From Octopus vulgaris (Eukaryota): a stretch of DNA of 64,000 bases. Every line of letters begins with the position of its first letter. Position 1 is the first letter of the stretch. The notes below the pieces were generated by a model, which was not told the origin of the DNA, made no database searches, and saw only the letters and a list, made by a program, of their open reading frames with translations. This document shows positions 62,959-64,000 of this stretch, in pieces. Made by a program: the position numbers and the translations under genes. The DNA is taken from assembly GCA_951406725.2 (NCBI GenBank), contig OX597822.1, positions 18,662,001-18,726,000 of the forward strand. The letters are read 5' to 3'.

Positions 62959-64000
62959 CACTATCATCTCATTTTATTATTACTGGTCTGTACTTAACTA
63001 ACTTTGTTCCGAAACATATGCATATTGAGTTCTACACCAGGTTTCACAATGCCTAAACAAAAATATGTACATATCTCTTATTATAAAAGGCAGATTTTAT
63101 CTGCCTCCCTTTGGGAGTTATACAAATCTACAATATAGGATTTCTTTAATTACAATTTACCTTGCATTTTTGAGAGTACAATGCATTGCGTCATGCCAGG
63201 TCCAGTTTTTAAAATTTAAACTCCAATTAAGCAAAATTTACAGAAAACTCACATTCTTGTGTGTGTGTCAAATGCTTTTCTTAGTCTGGTTTACACCACA
63301 CGCAAACGCACACACACAGTGGGCAACGAATAAAATGAAAGTAAATAGCGACAGAGTGATTTGAGGAAGCCTAAACTGAAAGTAATTAAACCACTACTCA
63401 AAAAAAAAAAAACACAGCAAACAGAAACAAATAAATACATAACCATTTAGTCCTCACACAATTTCTTCAATTAGAATTTACCTAAGATTTTTCAAAGTAC
63501 TCCATTCGCTCATGCCATAATATATTTCTTTCAATTTCACCCCCAATTAAGACAAAATTCGAGAAAACTCAATATTTTAACATATCACTCCGAAAGCATT
63601 GATGTACATGTGTGCTTGCGAGAGTGTGTGTGTGTCATTCCTCACACACACGCATACACATACATATACAACTACATACAACTACATACACATACAACTA
63701 CATACAAACACGTGTGTGTTTGTTATTAGTAAAAAAGGCGCAAAAACACAACTCACTTATCATTCCAACACATTTGCAAAGACACACGGAGGACAGAAAA
63801 GGTAAATTGGTTTTTATTTTACTCTGTATATATTTTATTATATAATATTATATATAGATATATGTATACATAATTGCAGTATGAAACAGTGTTTATGTAT
63901 AAACAGACGACACTTATATATAGTTACCAAGCCGCCCGAATTTACCTATTCATATTTAAATGAGAATATCAGAGCAAATCTCTTTAGTACATTCGTGAAA

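Overview
AT-rich, repeat-saturated animal DNA, most likely intronic or intergenic sequence of a coleoid cephalopod (Octopus-like; inferred from the SINE/RTE repertoire and long TA/CA/TATG microsatellites). No intact host gene can be supported, and almost all ORFs in the track are microsatellite or repeat artefacts. Recognisable elements are: a near full-length but dead RTE-clade LINE (27.4-30.5 kb) with a PHD-type finger inside the RT region; Penelope-like (PLE) RT and GIY-YIG remnants; CRE-, R4- and CR1-type LINE fragments; a Tigger/pogo transposase remnant; a head-to-tail non-autonomous Helitron array; two solo LTRs; several foldback/MITE DNA elements; and many tRNA-derived SINEs. The most striking signal is a set of seven type-I minimal hammerhead ribozyme motifs plus one half copy. 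They share a 3-4 bp stem I and a palindromic stem III (ACAGCTGT, ACAATTGT or AACGTT), but their stem II/loop II domain varies from about 11 nt to about 100 nt. They sit in PLE pseudo-LTRs and in short non-coding, TA-flanked elements. All folds and alignments were done by eye.
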